Source of the DNA: Rhina ancylostomus
Taxonomy: Eukaryota
Assembly: GCA_030265395.1 (NCBI GenBank)
Contig: JARFYF010000053.1
Span: 36,427,724 to 36,491,723 of the forward strand
DNA length: 64,000 bases
Direction: 5' to 3'
The position numbers and the translations under genes were made by a program. The notes under the pieces are model-generated. The model was not told the DNA's origin. It was given only the letters and a program-made list of their open reading frames with translations, and searched no databases. This document shows positions 38,901 through 54,130 of the stretch, one piece after another (the first letter of the stretch is position 1; each line of letters opens with the position of its first letter).

Positions 38901-41900
38901 GTGGATGAAAGGAAAAAGCCAGAAGCTACAACATCTTTGATAGTTTTTTCTTTTGAACATATAGAGTGAATTTGAAATTGCGTGGGACGACATGTGGCAG
39001 CGAAATTGGTGTGGACCATTAATTATTTCATACACTTATATGCTTTTTATAGCTATGTTTTACTTTTTGTCGAATCTGAAGGAAAAATTAAACAATGGGT
39101 CTGTAATTTACTCCTCACGCTTATTGCGTATTTCAGTACTTTGATTGCTTTACTTCCCGGTGTCTCTCGCTATTCCTGTATTATAAAGTTAGCATAAACG
39201 ATGTATGCGTATCTCATCAACAGCTCTAATGGAACGCTTAATAAAGAACAAATTTAGTGTTAAAGATCCCCGGACTTTCATGCAAGTGTTATCAAAATTT
39301 GTCAGAGATTTACGTGATCTAATATCATAACATCTCAATTCTCCATGCGATGTCAAGAGATTGATTATGAGCAATAGGCATTGGGGTCTCTGCCGCACAG
39401 GAAGTGCTTATTCAATCCGGCGCCAGGCTCGTGTCGTGCCAGGACCCGCGGCGTCGGGCATTGCAGTGCATCTTGCCAGACTCTGGTTTATTGAAGTTTT
39501 TTGAATATACTTTTAAAGTGCATTATTGCTTATAATTTAGCGGTGCATGCAGTCAACGTACTAACTTTACAGCTTATCTGAATTTAAGTAATATGCTTCA
39601 GTCCTACGAGTTCTAAATGTCTTCGACTGACCGAAATGTCAGAAAATACCTTTAAATAACATATTCAACTTCAAACCGCAGCATAACAAGCGATCAGGTT
39701 TGACAGGTTTTCATGGCCATTTTCAGCGACAACCTCATTGCGTTACTGGCGGCTCTGCAGTTGTTGAGGCTTTGCCGCTGAAGACTAGAATGTCCTCCTC
39801 AGATCAGGTACATATGATCCTGGAGAGAAAGCATGCAGCGAATTCATTGGGGATTGCAGGCTTATGAATTCCAGCCAATTGTTGCGAAAACTCTTTCTTC
39901 ATAGTAACACAATGTCTTACTTTTTCCAAACTAAGATCATTTTAAGGAAATATGAACATACGAAAAGTATTATTTATTGCATTTTATGATCGAATATGTC
40001 ACAAACTATTTTCGTATCAATGTTCGCTTTTTTAATGAAGGAGAGTGTCATTCAAATTTTAAAGAATGTTATCATATGATTAACCTTCCGTAAAGGTGTT
40101 GTTTATTAGCAAAGTTCTTGAAGATCATGGACGGAACAGAAGTTTTGCAAGTGTGTGGAATGAAATGTTCTTTCAAACCTGTGCCCTTCTGTTGAATATC
40201 TCGGCTACAGTTTATCACAACTACTTGTTTGATTCAATGCCACACATTGCTTCCTAACTGTGTTCTGGGGGCCGGGGGAGGGGAGGTTGGGATTAATGAC
40301 TTACTACTTGAAAGCAACGTGAATAAAATTGAAGCTTTTATAGCTTCTTTGATTGCGCGCTTACTTGTCTACCGATCAATGAAGTCAAAGGTGACTGCTC
40401 ATCAGGGTCTCAGTCTCTTCAACTACTGATGACAGAGAGCCTCTCTGGATTATGATCTCAGATTGCGAAGTGGAAATAGATCCCTTCTAATTCTGGATGA
40501 AAAAAATATTCACTTCATCATTGTGGGCACTTCATACTAGCTGTATACCAGATCACCCTGACCCAAATTTCACACAAGAATACATGCCATATCAAAATAG
40601 AACTTGTCTAAGGAGATTCCTCTGAGAGTAAATCGGTGGTGGCGCAGCAGATGATGATATTGTCGTTAAATATCTCCGACATTTGGCTAACCTTTCTTTT
40701 CGTGGTGATGCCCAGTGTATTAGAAAGACTAAAAAGAAAATCTGCAGGTCGGATATAACAACACAGAGAGCTTGACAACTCTGCAGCTCAGGCAGCGCTT
40801 CATGCAGAGAAACGGACGTAACTTTAATGGACCTTTGACAAAACAATAAGTGAGAAACCAAGTTTGCTTCAAGTTTCGAAGAGGCAGTGGATGGCGGGAA
40901 CAAAGAGAAAGCTTGTGATAAGGTCAAATGATTTTACAGCTGACACAGTGTTTTCGGAGCTGACAAGTTAATGGATTAGTTAAATAACTAGAGATATATC
41001 AACAAGGAAAATGCCTGAAATACGTCAACAGCTTGCTGGAAGTCTGAAACCAAAGCAAATGCGCGGATACTGAATAGATCAGGCGGCATCTGTGAATGGA
41101 GAGAAATGGTGTAGGAGGCTGAGCCAGTTCTGACAATCATATTTGTATTTTATCTACAAAAATAAAGAAAACCGCAGTTACTGAAAATCTGAACTAAAAC
41201 AGTGAATTCTGTAAACACACTGCAAGTCATACTGCACCTGCCAAAACCGAGACAAATTGCCATTTGCAGTCGTGTGTTGGTACGTGAGTTGCAAAAGACA
41301 AGTACAACACTCAGTTAGGAAACCAAAATAATTTTTACCGTTTATTTAATGCAGAAGGGTAAATTAATTTCCTTTCAAGCTTATGATAGAACTTAGCTAT
41401 TTGTAACCGAATCCTTCCGCTTCCTCTTCATTCTTTGCCTGGATATAATATATTTAATTTAGGACTCTTTCTCCCCTGTTCCAATGATGCAGAATGTGGA
41501 GTGGGAATTTAATTACAAGCATAATTACTTGGCAGGGAATGACTCGCTCTAACCTCCTGAATATAATTGGTAGGGCACAGTTCAAACAAACAACATGAAT
41601 TCCCGTCTGCAGTGGAACAATTCTGCAAGGAACTGGATTTCCTTTTAATTGTATAAACGGAGCGAAGTGGGTTCTTCTTGCAGCTGAAATCAGGTTTCCC
41701 ATGCGTGACGGCATGGCAAAACATGGCCCACTTTTCATCCCAGAAGACTAATAAACATTGCTGGGGAATTAACGTTACTTACTCTGTTTACTTCTAAATT
41801 GAATGTGGAGTTTAATCTCAGAGGTTTCCCATGATCCCTAATTTCCCGTAAATTAATTTTAAAGATGTTTGAAGATGATTAGATTTATATATTCCGTCGT

Positions 41901-42144
41901 TATGGCTACTTTAACACACAAGAATGCCCAACATTCCAGCATATTAGGACAGATCATTGTACCAGAATGACTGGACGCCTGAGTTTGGGAGATTTCATTT
42001 AATCCGGCATTTACCCCGCGAAGTTTACATTTGGGAGGCGGGACAAAAATGGTGTGGGAGAACAGGCGACTGCATACCAAAAGATCATAGACAGATGAAG
42101 AAACTCCGTCTCAGGCTCAGTGATTGACAAGTCATGTCCAGACA

Positions 42145-42310
42145 TGTCAAGTATATTGTCATATGCGCAGGTACTGTGAGCTACAGGTACAATGAACTAT
42201 TTGCTTGCAGCAGCATCACAGGCACGTTGATTCGTACATCACATAGAATATAAATTGTGCATAACTAATTTAGAACGGTGAAGAAAAAGGCAGTGCAAAA
42301 CAAGACATTA
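42145..42310 (-). mobile_element. Rex1/Babar-type LINE tail
   Basis: 'aagtatattgtcatatgcgcagg...acaggtacaatgaa...ttgcttgcagcagcatcacaggcac'. Confidence 0.6.
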
Positions 42311-43842
42311 GCAGAAAGTGTATAATCATAGACAAGATATGGGGATAAGACAATAAAATTAGAGTGGGTTAATCTCCATAGAAAATGGAAGACGAAAAAA
42401 AGGCAAGTGAAACATTTTAAAGCTATCTTTTTGTTACCGTGATTGTAGAGATCATTGCCATATGGATCAACCAAAACAGCACACGACCAATATAAAGACA
42501 AACTGAGAAATTAACTGGAAAATGAAGAAGGAGACTCGTCTTGGTTGTACTCTAAGACAGCGAGTTTTGAATGACTATCAAGCCGTCTCTCCCTCCTGCT
42601 TCTTTCAGTTATATGTTCTTTAATCTTACGATTTCAAAGCAAACGTAAATTGAATATGCCCTGAAAAGTATAGTCACTTAAAACAAGAACACAAAAATGT
42701 GTCTAATTATGCTGATGATAATCCAAAGGTTTACCTTTATCTTTTCTGCTCAGTTTTTGATCTGCATACAATTAAAATTTAAATTGTTACTCATATAAAC
42801 GAGCCAATAAGATTGGGAGTTAATCGTTATTTTGAAAATTTAATATTGTCCCTTCATTTCGTAAAAAGAAACAGTTTTGCACACTTTCTAGTTTGTGGTT
42901 GACTGACCTGTCAATTCGAATTTCATTTTCAATTTATACAACCATAAATAAAAACTAAATGTGAATTTATTGAAAATCAGCTTTGCGTCTGGATCGTGGA
43001 CGATCCAGAACTGCTAATTTTGCATTCCAGCGGCTTTCAAGATAACTGAACGGAGTCATTAATTTACATCTAACCATTTAATTATCATTACACATTTACT
43101 CTTAAATAATCATTCCCCCCACCGTCAACCTACGGCGTCAGCATTCAATAACGTAGCTCACTTAGTGAACTGTAACATCACCTCGCACGATTTAAATCTC
43201 ACAATGATTGATAAGTCAGAAATATATTCTGGTTTGCCCTGTCCGTAGTCCCTGCGAAGGATGATTTCTCATTTCAGAATCAGAAGACATGCTTTCAGTC
43301 AGAAGACTGTTAACAAAAACGTAAAAGTGATCTGCGAAGAGTCGAATAACTGTTTTTTTCCCCAAGGATGAAGATGGGGAATTACCAAAATATCCTATTG
43401 ATATGCTTCTTCATGGCAGAACAGAGAGAATAGACTTCATGACTTATTGTTAATTATGTTCCCTGTACGACCTGCCATGACAAGCTCATGGAATATTGTG
43501 ATTTACACATTCGAATCATTCCATGTGTTCTGTTCTTCGATTCGCTAATCTGTTCATAATTTAAAGCTCAAATTTAAGTTTTAAATTCAAAGAAAAAATA
43601 AACCACAACATAAGTGAGCTCAGATTTGAAGGTGGGGCGACGCTGGGGCAATCTTTCTGGATAAACATTTGTGGTTAGTGGAACTGCAGTCTCCTGTATT
43701 GCAAATTCCCCACGATTCAATGACAGTACACTTCCATTTCTCATGTGGGAAAGTTTTTCAGTAGACTTTAATTATACATGAGCATACAAAAATGGAATGA
43801 ACTTGCTGGTGTGAAAAGTTTTACATATTTCTGAAATGTTTT

Positions 43843-44205
43843 TCAACATAGAACATACACCAGTATACTACAGGAAAAGGCGCTTTGACTCAGATGTCTG
43901 GGCTGTGCATGATGCCAAATGAAACTAATCTGTTTTGCCTGCACATGATGCACATTCATTCGTCCCTGCATATTCATGTACCTACCTAAAAGTCTCTTTA
44001 ACGTCACGGTCGGATCTCCTTCCATTACCACCCGGCAGTGCATTCCAGGCACCTACTACTCTGTAAAACACTTGCCCCGTAAATTCCCTTTACGCATTCC
44101 CCCCTCACATTAAAGCCATACCTGCTATCATTCCAAATATCTATACCGGGAAAATACGTCGTTGGCTGTCCATACTTTATACGCCTCTCATAATTTTATA
44201 ATCTT
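43843..44205 (-). mobile_element. CR1 3' fragment
   Basis: 'aacatagaacatacaccag..caggaaaaggc...ccacccggcagtgcattccaggcacctactactctgtaaaa...cgcctctcataattttata'. Confidence 0.8.
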
Positions 44206-47200
44206 CTACTACTTCAAACATCTGAAAAGTCATGCAATGTTCTAAAAGGGCAATTCAATGAAACCCCCTCTAAGCTTTTAATTTTGTGTTTCTTCGTCAA
44301 TGCTAAATCTTTTAACATTTAAAATAACTCAGTATGTTTTCTGATGGAATCTTTCAATATATGTTACCCAAAATGGAAGCTATTCAGTCCATTGTTTCTG
44401 GGCTGGTTATGCTTCTCCAGCTCATCCTACCTTTCCCTACAAGATCCACAAGCCTACTAAATATGGGTGTTCAAGTTTCCATTCAAACACGCTGAGGGGC
44501 TGTACACAAATTGCTCCCATAATTTGGTGTTGTTATTCAATTTCGGCGTTAATTTCACCAACTACTTTAGATCAAAACGCCTCCTATTTTTATCCTTATC
44601 CTAAGGAAAATGTGCCTTCATTATTTACTGTAACAATGCCCATCGTAATCTTAAACACGCCAGTAAAATCCCACCAGCAGTGCCACTCGCCCATCCACCA
44701 TCCACAGCAACCCCATCCGTGACTCCTTTAATCCAAAGAAAACAATCAAAATCTGCACAATAATTCATCTGTCTTAAAACTATTGCAGGTTCACCAACAT
44801 TCTCATGCATCTTCTATGTGTCTTTCTGTTCTGATGTTAATATATGATCCAGAATAAGCATTCAAGTTCAAATCTAAAATAACTTCAAAATACGCAATTA
44901 ACTATGCAGAGCCAAATTAATGAGAGGTTACATTGTTGTATCGGCCGTGCAAATTCCCGATACGCTATTTATAGTATCTCTAAAATTCGAAATGGTATTT
45001 ATAAACTGGTTCACCGTCGTGGATAACCTTAAGTCGTCAAAGTCGTCAAAGGGGCGACGTGAACAGGTTTTCTCTCCATAGGGATCGACATGATTATGCA
45101 GTAACATTCAACATTGTATCAAAAAAAGCAGACCCTGAAGCTGAGATGCTTTCGCACCTGCCTGAACCTTTTCGGCTGATTTTTTGGTTCTTTTGTATGA
45201 CAGTTTTATTCGCTTTGCGTGCTTCAATACCACATTTACTTTAAAACAGAACTAAACCCAATTTTGTTTTCACCTGTATCTCGGCAATTTTCCTTCAGCA
45301 CTTTCAGTTCTGAGGGAAAAAAGGAAATTAACATTTGAGATAGTGCCTGCACCAGGAATACAACAAATACCTGAAATTATCATCGAGCTGATATGCACTC
45401 ACCTCTCAACATATAAATTTAGAAAGCTAATTTTGGTTAAGAACTGTCATACAACGATTTTCGTTTTACTTTTAAGAGCTTGGTCCTTTCAATATAGTTC
45501 CTACATCTACATCTGCTTTCAAGTTAATCCTGGAGACACAAAATATAATTTCAACGAACTTTGTTTTTCATTACACGAGAAAAATTCCAACAGAACATTT
45601 CCGAGGTCACATAATAAAACACCGAACACACAACTAAGCTCTTAGCCCAATAGTTGCTGTTTCTTCCCTGAACATTGTACTTTTTATGCACGTCCTCCTT
45701 TAATGAATAATGACACATGAGTTTGATTTGTCAGTTGCTCTGGAAATGTGAATGTTAAAATAACTGAAATATAAGGTGTCTAATAACTTGTGATGATATT
45801 TTCACGATTATGTATACGATGGAGAATGTGACGGTGCAAATCGCACGGTGGCGTTTGAAATGCCATTACAGAAAATTGTTGTTATTTAGTCTATCTGACC
45901 GCAAGCATCGCGCATCAGTCGCCATCCCTGTTGGATTCTGCCTTCCATCTCCTGAAATTAGTTTTTATTGTAATGTTGACGAAGTGATTACAACAGTGGA
46001 CACTTTATATTCAAATTTATTGAATTAAACTTACTTGCATTTGAAAATTCGGGCAGAACATGCAAATTCCACAGAGGCTATCAGGCAGATCAGCATCAAA
46101 CCATCCCCTTGTAGCCATAAGTCAGAGGCGCCACCGAGATGATAATTTAATGGACCATAAGTTTGGTAGATGAAATGCAATGCCGATATAATATCATGAG
46201 ATGTATTACCTGCTATTACAGCTAATACATTTAACTTACGACTGTTCAGTCTTTTCGTGTATGTGCATAATATTTCCACATGCATGCTTCTTGGAAATCA
46301 ACTGCTTTACCTCGTAGTGGTTCACTCACCTCGGTGCGAAGAAAGTGTTTTACAGTGCCATTCAGGAATCACCGAGGTCTAAGATCTGAGGCTCAACATG
46401 AAGAGCTCATCCAGCAGATCAAACATCTTAATACATTTAAAGCACCCATATTTGTCATGTACAGAATTTTAAAATAACGTTTCTCCCAATAATTTACTCT
46501 AAGTGCAAACTCTAAAGGTTGCCATAACCCGACATGTGACATCTTCTGCATTACTTCTTTATCTATTTCTTAAATGTGGATGTCGCATCTGAGCTCATAA
46601 TGTTTGTGAAGCCATAACAAATGAAACAAAATAAAAACAAAATAAAATAGCTAATTTTAAATACGGGACATGCAATACGATTCCATTTTGCGATTATTTA
46701 CCTTTCTCGACATTTTCCATTGTGGATTCTGTCATGATTTGGAACAATAATGCAATGTACATTACACACAATGTTAGAGCTAATATGAAGATCAACTGTT
46801 AGTTACAAAGTATCAGGTTAAATGTATATTTCCTAGTTATTCAGACCAGTCATGCATAATTTGTAACCGCAGACTTCCGAAATACAAAGACAACGTGCTT
46901 GAATAAATCAGTAGGTCATACAACGTTTGTTAATGCCTCAGATCCGTTAGCCATATCCCAGCAGCGAAATGTTAACGCCATATCTCTGTGCAGTTGTTTG
47001 GCCTTCTGAGGCCTTCTCGCATTTCGAACATTAAATTCAACGTCGGCAAAATTTAGCTACTGGACGGATTTCTACCTTCCGATTTCCTCCCGACAACGAT
47101 TATGCATGGCCCAATACGCCCTAATCCATCGAAAGTTTCCTAATTTCTTCCAATACCTTCTCACACATTTGTTTCAGACATTTTTTCTTTGACCTTTACA

Positions 47201-49784
47201 CCAATTACGTTCGTTGAATTTCTTCTGATTTCTTGTCAAGGTTTGTATATCACGATGGACCTATCAGTTCATGGAAAGAGCTATGCCAAGACAAGTTGCT
47301 CAGGCCAAATAAAATAGGGACAGTTTTACTGGTCAGCGACGTAATTTTTCAAGAGTATTACTGCATAGATTGAGTTACAAATTTTGCTTCGGGAGTGACA
47401 TTGATGCAAAAACTTGCTACATTTAGTATCACATGGCATTATAGTATGAAGCTCACCTGAATCTCGCAAATGTTTCTTCAAAACAATGATTTCTGCAATA
47501 AAAATAACAGATAAACGAATTTTCCAACGCAATTTTTTCATCTATTTCTTCTCTTCCTTCACGTAGATATAGGAAAAATGAACTTAACTATGATATCCCT
47601 CATGATACAAATAACCCGTTGCTTCGAATAAGGCGAACATATTTTGAAGGTTTCAGTGATTGCATGATGATAAGTCATTGTCAGTATTTTTAAAATCAAG
47701 TTGAATATAGAAATTGTTTCACTTGTCCATTTTTGAACAACTGCCACAACCTGCAATATTAAAGAAAAATAACCTAAATTCTGAGTTTCATTCACTTCCA
47801 AAAATATTATTTTCAACGTTATACTTACCATTTTCCCTTTTGCTTAGTTGTTGTTCTAATTTAAAAAAACACAAACAGAAGGTGATTTTGGGAATTAAGA
47901 ATCTCCAGTTTCTTTTGAAAATATGCCAGGGCGTTTTAAAGACCAAATCGGAATGTACATCTGAAAGAGACTGGAAGAACGTGGGTTTTTGCTCAGGCTT
48001 CCATTGAAGAACCAAACGCAAAGACGGTTGAATCTGCAGTTCAAGAAACTACTTGGAGCCATTTGTGGCTGTTCACTGAACGAGACTGTAGATATTACGG
48101 TGGCACAATTGGAATTTGGTGTCTGAATGACAATTACTTTCAGAAATTAATTTGAGGGACGTAAATGCTGGTTGAATGCTCAATGTCTCTATTACGAGAT
48201 GTAATCGTGTTGAATATGAGTAAGATCATGGATCGTGTAAAACTCTTGTCATTTTACCAACTGGACACAACACAGTTATTTTTGGTTCTGTGGATAATAA
48301 AAATGATGCATCTTTTTCGAATTAAATGTTTATATGCAATTGGCTGGAACTACTCCACCAACTATTGGACTAATAAATAGATTTGAATTACGACACTGCA
48401 CATGGAGCTGCTGATTTGTTATCTTTCTTTTAGCTACTTTACAGAGGATATTCGAATAGATAAATGCAAGTTTAGAAATGTAGCTTGGGCAAGATACAGT
48501 AACAGGCTTTGTTTTACACGTGGGATGTAAGGACGGCGGGTCAAATTCGATTCACTCCTCATGAGCTATGAACTTACCTGCATCTTGAAGGTTATCTTTC
48601 ACTTTAGATAATTCTAAAAAGAAAACAGAAACAGAGAACAAAATGAATTCACTTTGAATGCAGCTCCTGGGAAATATCTCATGGTTAATTTTGGACACAG
48701 CTATGAAGAAGTTAGCACAAACTGTGATTCTGCAACAACACAGCATCTAGATTGTAGAAATTTTCCAGAATTTTGTCACGTATATAGCTGAACAGTTATG
48801 AAATTTAATACATTGGCATGTCAGTAACATAATGGTACAGCTATTATAAACAGAGAGGAAATATTTCTGCCCCCTTGTCTCGGCAAGGTCAGGTTGTATT
48901 TTCTGTTGGGAAATGACATAAGCACAACATGCTAGCCAGAATGTGGATAAGGGAACGAGACTATGGTGCAATGCATTGGGACAGAACTGAAGGTAGGGTC
49001 AAGTACGCTGATATCATCAGAGAAGCATTGACACTATCTGACAAAACGTAACACAATGAGGTCATTGGAGCAACGTTAAAGACGTGCAATACTTGACCAG
49101 ATGTAGAACGAGGTAAACGGGGTGTATAACACTCTGTGACTGATTCACTAATAATATAAGATAGTTACAACAAAGATGTCAATGGAGCATTTTCAAATCT
49201 GTTGAAATAATATATTTATGTTCTTACACCACTGGCTAAGGACAGGCAATTAATGGACGACTGCGAAAAGTAAATCCTTCGTGATAGCTTTTGCATGACC
49301 TGGCAAGCTGAAAAAGATGAAATTCAAACAGGAAAATACCAAAAAAGATCGTTTTTGACACGGACAATGTTGTGACATGTCCCTGCTGTTGCAGGTCGGG
49401 TCACTTCAAAAAATGGAGTTCTCATGTTTGTTGAGGACCCAATGTTTTTGATGTAGTATTAATTATTGTCCATTTTACCGCTTTTTAAAGGTATTAATGC
49501 ACTTTATTCCTTTACTTTATGAGTTACCTTCGATATTTGGAAAGGCAATAGCCCTAAATTGCTGCGAACACTACAGAATATAAATACTATGTTGTGATTT
49601 CAATGGAAAATACGTGCGTGCACTCGAATGCCAGTGGTTTCTCTTTAGGGTCCAAATCTCACATTTGAACGTTGCTTCTGAACAATTTTTCCCAAAAACA
49701 TACAGGAGCGAAATACCGGATAAATCATATGACATTTTATCTTTTGCCTTTCTCATTGCCACATGCACGCCATCACAGCCCAAG

Positions 49785-50330
49785 AACACAAGAAAGTATG
49801 AAAAGGATTGGGCCATCGTGCCTCTGATAACTGCTATCCATTTAATATCCTTGTAGCTGATCTGCGCCAGGTCTTCTCTTCTGTGTTACTTTCAGTTACC
49901 CTTCAATTATCCAGATCTTTCAAAAATAATTGCTTTCGTTTTTTTTAAATATTACAGCGATCTAACTTCTGCAATCATCCTGAGTAGAGAATTCTATAAA
50001 TTCACAAGCTCTTCGACTACTACTTTCATTTTGTTTTTAAACTACTGTCTCTTTTTCGAGACTCCGTCATTGGTGGGAACATCACAACATTAATCTTGCA
50101 ATTTCCCCTTTGGATCTTACATGTTTTAATGCGGTCGACCATCATTGTCCTAAAATCCACACACTATAAATCTAGCCCTAACCGTTCGCGGTCGGACACT
50201 CCTCTCGTCCCAGCAATTAGCATATTTAATCCTTCCCGAGTTACCTTCGATTCTAGGATATGTTTTCTTAAATAAGGAGACAAAATGTATTACATTCTGC
50301 GTTCCAGGCACAGCCTCACCAATACTTTTT
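49785..50330 (-). mobile_element. CR1 3' fragment
   Basis: 'gagtagagaattctataaattcac', 'cttaaataaggagacaaaat..tacatt..gttccaggcacagcctcaccaa'. Confidence 0.65.
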
Positions 50331-51599
50331 AGGCGTTACACGTAAATTTCTTAGCAATAGAATTATTTCACAGAACGTTGTCGCAAGTTCAATAGTTTCG
50401 GTGACTAAATGGCGGGCGAAAAAGTTAGTCATCAATACGAAGCTCAATTGAAGGGTAGAGTTGCAACTTCTACGGTTACACTGGAAAATGCTATAAGACG
50501 GATTGAAGGGGGTAGTTGACGTGGACAGATGAACACGCCAGTGAGTTATAAAGGCAACTGTGATGACAGGATTTGTATTCTCTGTGGGTTGTGGATGGAG
50601 AACGTTCTGTACTTCACGGAGCTTTTGTGGCAGAGTCCTTAAATATATTCACGGTGGATATTGACAGACAATTGAACGACCAAAGAGTCAGGGGGCATGG
50701 AAAGAGATTAAGAAAAAAAGCGTTGAGGTCAACATAGTGTAAGTGACAATTATACTGAACTGCTGAGCAGTATCGCGAGCCTACTTCTGCATCTGTTTCT
50801 AAAGTTATTACTTTGACAATAGTACACTCGCTGGAAGTGTTCTGCCTCTTTGCTTCCAATTCCCTGGATACAACTGGCATGACTTGGATTAATGATGGGC
50901 ATGGCAAATAATCCTGCCACAGGTTATCTGAGGGGCAACCGCACTTTTCTTCTTGAATGGAATATGAACGAAGAGTTCTAAGAGATATCAAGGAAGCGAC
51001 AGTTTCTTTAAACCAGTTTAAGCTTAGTTTGTAGTGGACAATAACAATCTGAGTCGATCGAATGTTTTGATATTCAACTGAATGACGTATTACAAATTTC
51101 ACATATTTTCAGTATGTTCCATAAAACTGCTAGCAATTTTCATGTGTTGGACGTAGGTCATGCATATTTTAAAAACGGGTCTTTACGCAAGCATTTAAGG
51201 AACAAATTATATCTGAATGTCTCCTTCGCTGCATGAAACATCTGGAACGTTTTAGTTATATTGCAGACTTGGCAATTTCACTTGTCTGTGGGGTAAGATG
51301 ATAATTGTGAAAAATAACCCGCTCGGGTTGGCAGAGTTTATTTAAGCTTCGTTTGCTTTGCCGAATAATTATTTCTGGTGCAAAGCCTTCACTTCAAGAA
51401 ATGCTCTCAACAATGTTTCATAAATCCCACAAATGACGCTGCTAACGCGATTGAGCGAAAATTGTGCATCGCTACAGCGAGCAGTTAGTCTTTGCAACTG
51501 ATCACAAACATTAGTTCACTATTATAAAATAAGTGGAAAAAATTATTTTGATGTTCATATCTTAACATGTCTCAGGAATCTGCACAAGCGCAGACATAA

Positions 51600-52330
51600 T
51601 TACTTTAAGAAACATCAGCAGGAAAAGGCTAATAGACTGATCAAGCCTGTTCCAATATTCAATAACATCAGGGCTGATCCAATAATTGTTCAACCCCATT
51701 TTGCTGCTCTCTTTCTGTACACCCTGTATTTCAGATGTCAGTCAAAATCTGCCTTGAATATGTTGAATGATTCTGTCTTCACAGACAGCTGGTTAAAATA
51801 AATTCCAATGAATCAAGACGCTCTTAAAAATGCTTGTGTTAAGCAGAATATGGAGGATGCTTATTCTAATGTAAGCTCCCAGTTTCTAGGTGCACCTACA
51901 ATAGGTAACATCCACTCAAAGTTCACGAGGTCAATCCTTAACTGTATCTTCTAAGTTTGGATAAGATTACCTCTCACTCTTTTCAAGTTTAATGAGTGAA
52001 GGCCCAATTTGCTTAATCGTTGCATATGTCAACCTTTCAACCGAGGAAACACTCGAGAAACATGCGCTGCACCAGTTCTAATGTAAATGTAAGCTTCCTG
52101 AAAGAGGGTGAGCAAAACTATGCAGTTTCCCAGGTGCAGTCTCACCAGTACCCTGTAACTTTTCATCAAATGTCCTTAGTTTTCTACTTTATTTCACTCA
52201 CAATTGTTGTTAACATTCCATTGAACTCCCCGTTATACGATTGTACCTGCTTGGTACCCTTCGTAGTCATGCATTCAGACCCCAAGGTCACTTTGTACCA
52301 GAACATTTTGTAGTCTCATCATATATAAAT
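51600..52330 (-). mobile_element. CR1 3' fragment
   Basis: 'agcaggaaaaggc...caagcctgttccaatattcaataacatcagggctgatc' tail; 'cccaggtgcagtctcaccagtaccctgta'. Confidence 0.7.
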
Positions 52331-52974
52331 AATTGTTTTTTTTTCAGTTATTCCATTCAAAGTCAATGGCATCACTTGTTGCATGTTATACGCAATCTGG
52401 CAAATTCCAAAACATCCATTTAACTTACTTATATCACTTTACTGCTTCGGTACAATGTGGGACCCCAGATACCGGTTTTATCAATATGGTCAAACGTTGG
52501 AGCCGAAGAAGAAATGGCTGAAAGTTAACATAAGCCAGGAAATCCATTATTTTTCTCATTTGATCGTTTTCCAACATCTTAACGTTAGTTTAATTCAACT
52601 TATGTATTTTTATTAAACTCTTATTTTATTACGCTTCTCTTTTATTATTTTTATAAACAGACATTTTTGTTGAATTTGTGACACTCACCTTTCGTTTTCT
52701 GACTGAGATTCGTCTCTATGCAATACAGATTAAAAGGTTTGGAATATGTTCGTACGTAATGTGTGAACATACATCACTCACGTTATTGTCCAGTTCACTT
52801 ATGTGAAACGTAATCCTTAGCACAACGATGGCAGTAGATTTGGCTGCTGAAAACAAATGACAAATCCATTCCCTTTTTAATCAACTGTTGAATTATATTT
52901 CATTCCTAGTTCTACGCATTAAGTTGTTTCCTTCTGACAATGTCATCAGATTTGGCCTCAACAAAACGGGATCA

Positions 52975-54130
52975 TGGAGTTGTAGAAGAAAATAGAAGAA
53001 ATATGTCAGTAAACCCGCAACTCTCCCGCTATTCAGTATGATTATGGTCGCTCTACCCTAGCCTCAGCTCTTCTCTTCCGAGTTACTTAGTTACTCGATC
53101 TTTCACAATGTAATCCCCCTTTTAAAGAATTCAAGCTTCCGTAGAACTTTCGTCTTGATAATTCCTGAGGTTCCTCGCCTTCGGTAAACAAAAATACTCA
53201 TGCATTTCAGTTTAAAAATAATATCTCGTTATCTTGTAACTACGCAACCCCGGTTCGAGGGTATCCCGCTTGTGAAAACATTCGAACATCCACCCATTTA
53301 GACACTTTATGAATCTTATATGGCTTAATAGGTTCTCACACCCTCGTTTAAAAAATAAAGCGTACAGTTACAATTGCTTTAGTCGTTCATGGTCGGACAA
53401 CTCCCCCGCCGCAGGAACTAGCAATCCCTTTTGGACTGTCCAAAGCTAGTAAACACTTTCTCTAATACGGGGACCGAAATAACACACAATACTCCAGGCG
53501 TAGCCTTAGAAATTCCTTGGGCAATTTTAACAATTATTAACTTTAAACTCCAATCTCTTGGACATGAAGTCTATCTGGATCGAGCTTTCATAATTTCATG
53601 TACCTGTATGCTGACATTTTGGGGTTCATTAACATAAAAGCCTAGATTATTCCTTATTCCACTAAACCGACTTCTTTCGCCGTTTAAACGGAAGACACCT
53701 TTTGATTCCTCCTTCCAGTGTTCATGAGCTGACACTTTGCTATATTCAAGTCTATTGCATATCTTTTGCCAGCTCGCTAATTCTACCTATATCCTGTAAC
53801 AAAATCGAGAAATCCTCGTTGAAGCTTTGCCTCCAATGTATGTTCGTGTCATCAGCAAACTCGGATTCCATATTCTCTGCCCCTTCCCCCAAGTAAGTAT
53901 TATGGATAATCCGTAACTGAGAATCCAGAACTGATCCTTGGGGAACTCCACTCGTTATGATTTACCTGCCTGAAAAAAATGGTCGATTGATTCCACTCTT
54001 CTATGTGATAAGCAGTCCTCTGCCATTCTATCGCACTTCCCCACACCACGAAGTCATATCCTGTTCACTCGCCTGTTGTGTGACACATCATTGTCTGCTG
54101 TCTGGGAATGGAAATGCGCTCAAACAGGTG
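52975..54130 (-). mobile_element. CR1 fragment (RT C-terminus to 3' end)
   Basis: 'gttcgtgtcatcagcaaac' (FADDT reversed), 'actgatccttggggaactccact' (SGVPQGS reversed), 'cacacaatactccagg'. Confidence 0.75.

Noticed and set aside
40944-40971. RSS-like CACAGTG + 12 bp + ACAAGTTAA; isolated ACAAAAACC at 22760
   Set aside because: Poor nonamer, no matching heptamer for 22760, and no V, D, J or Ig-domain coding sequence nearby.
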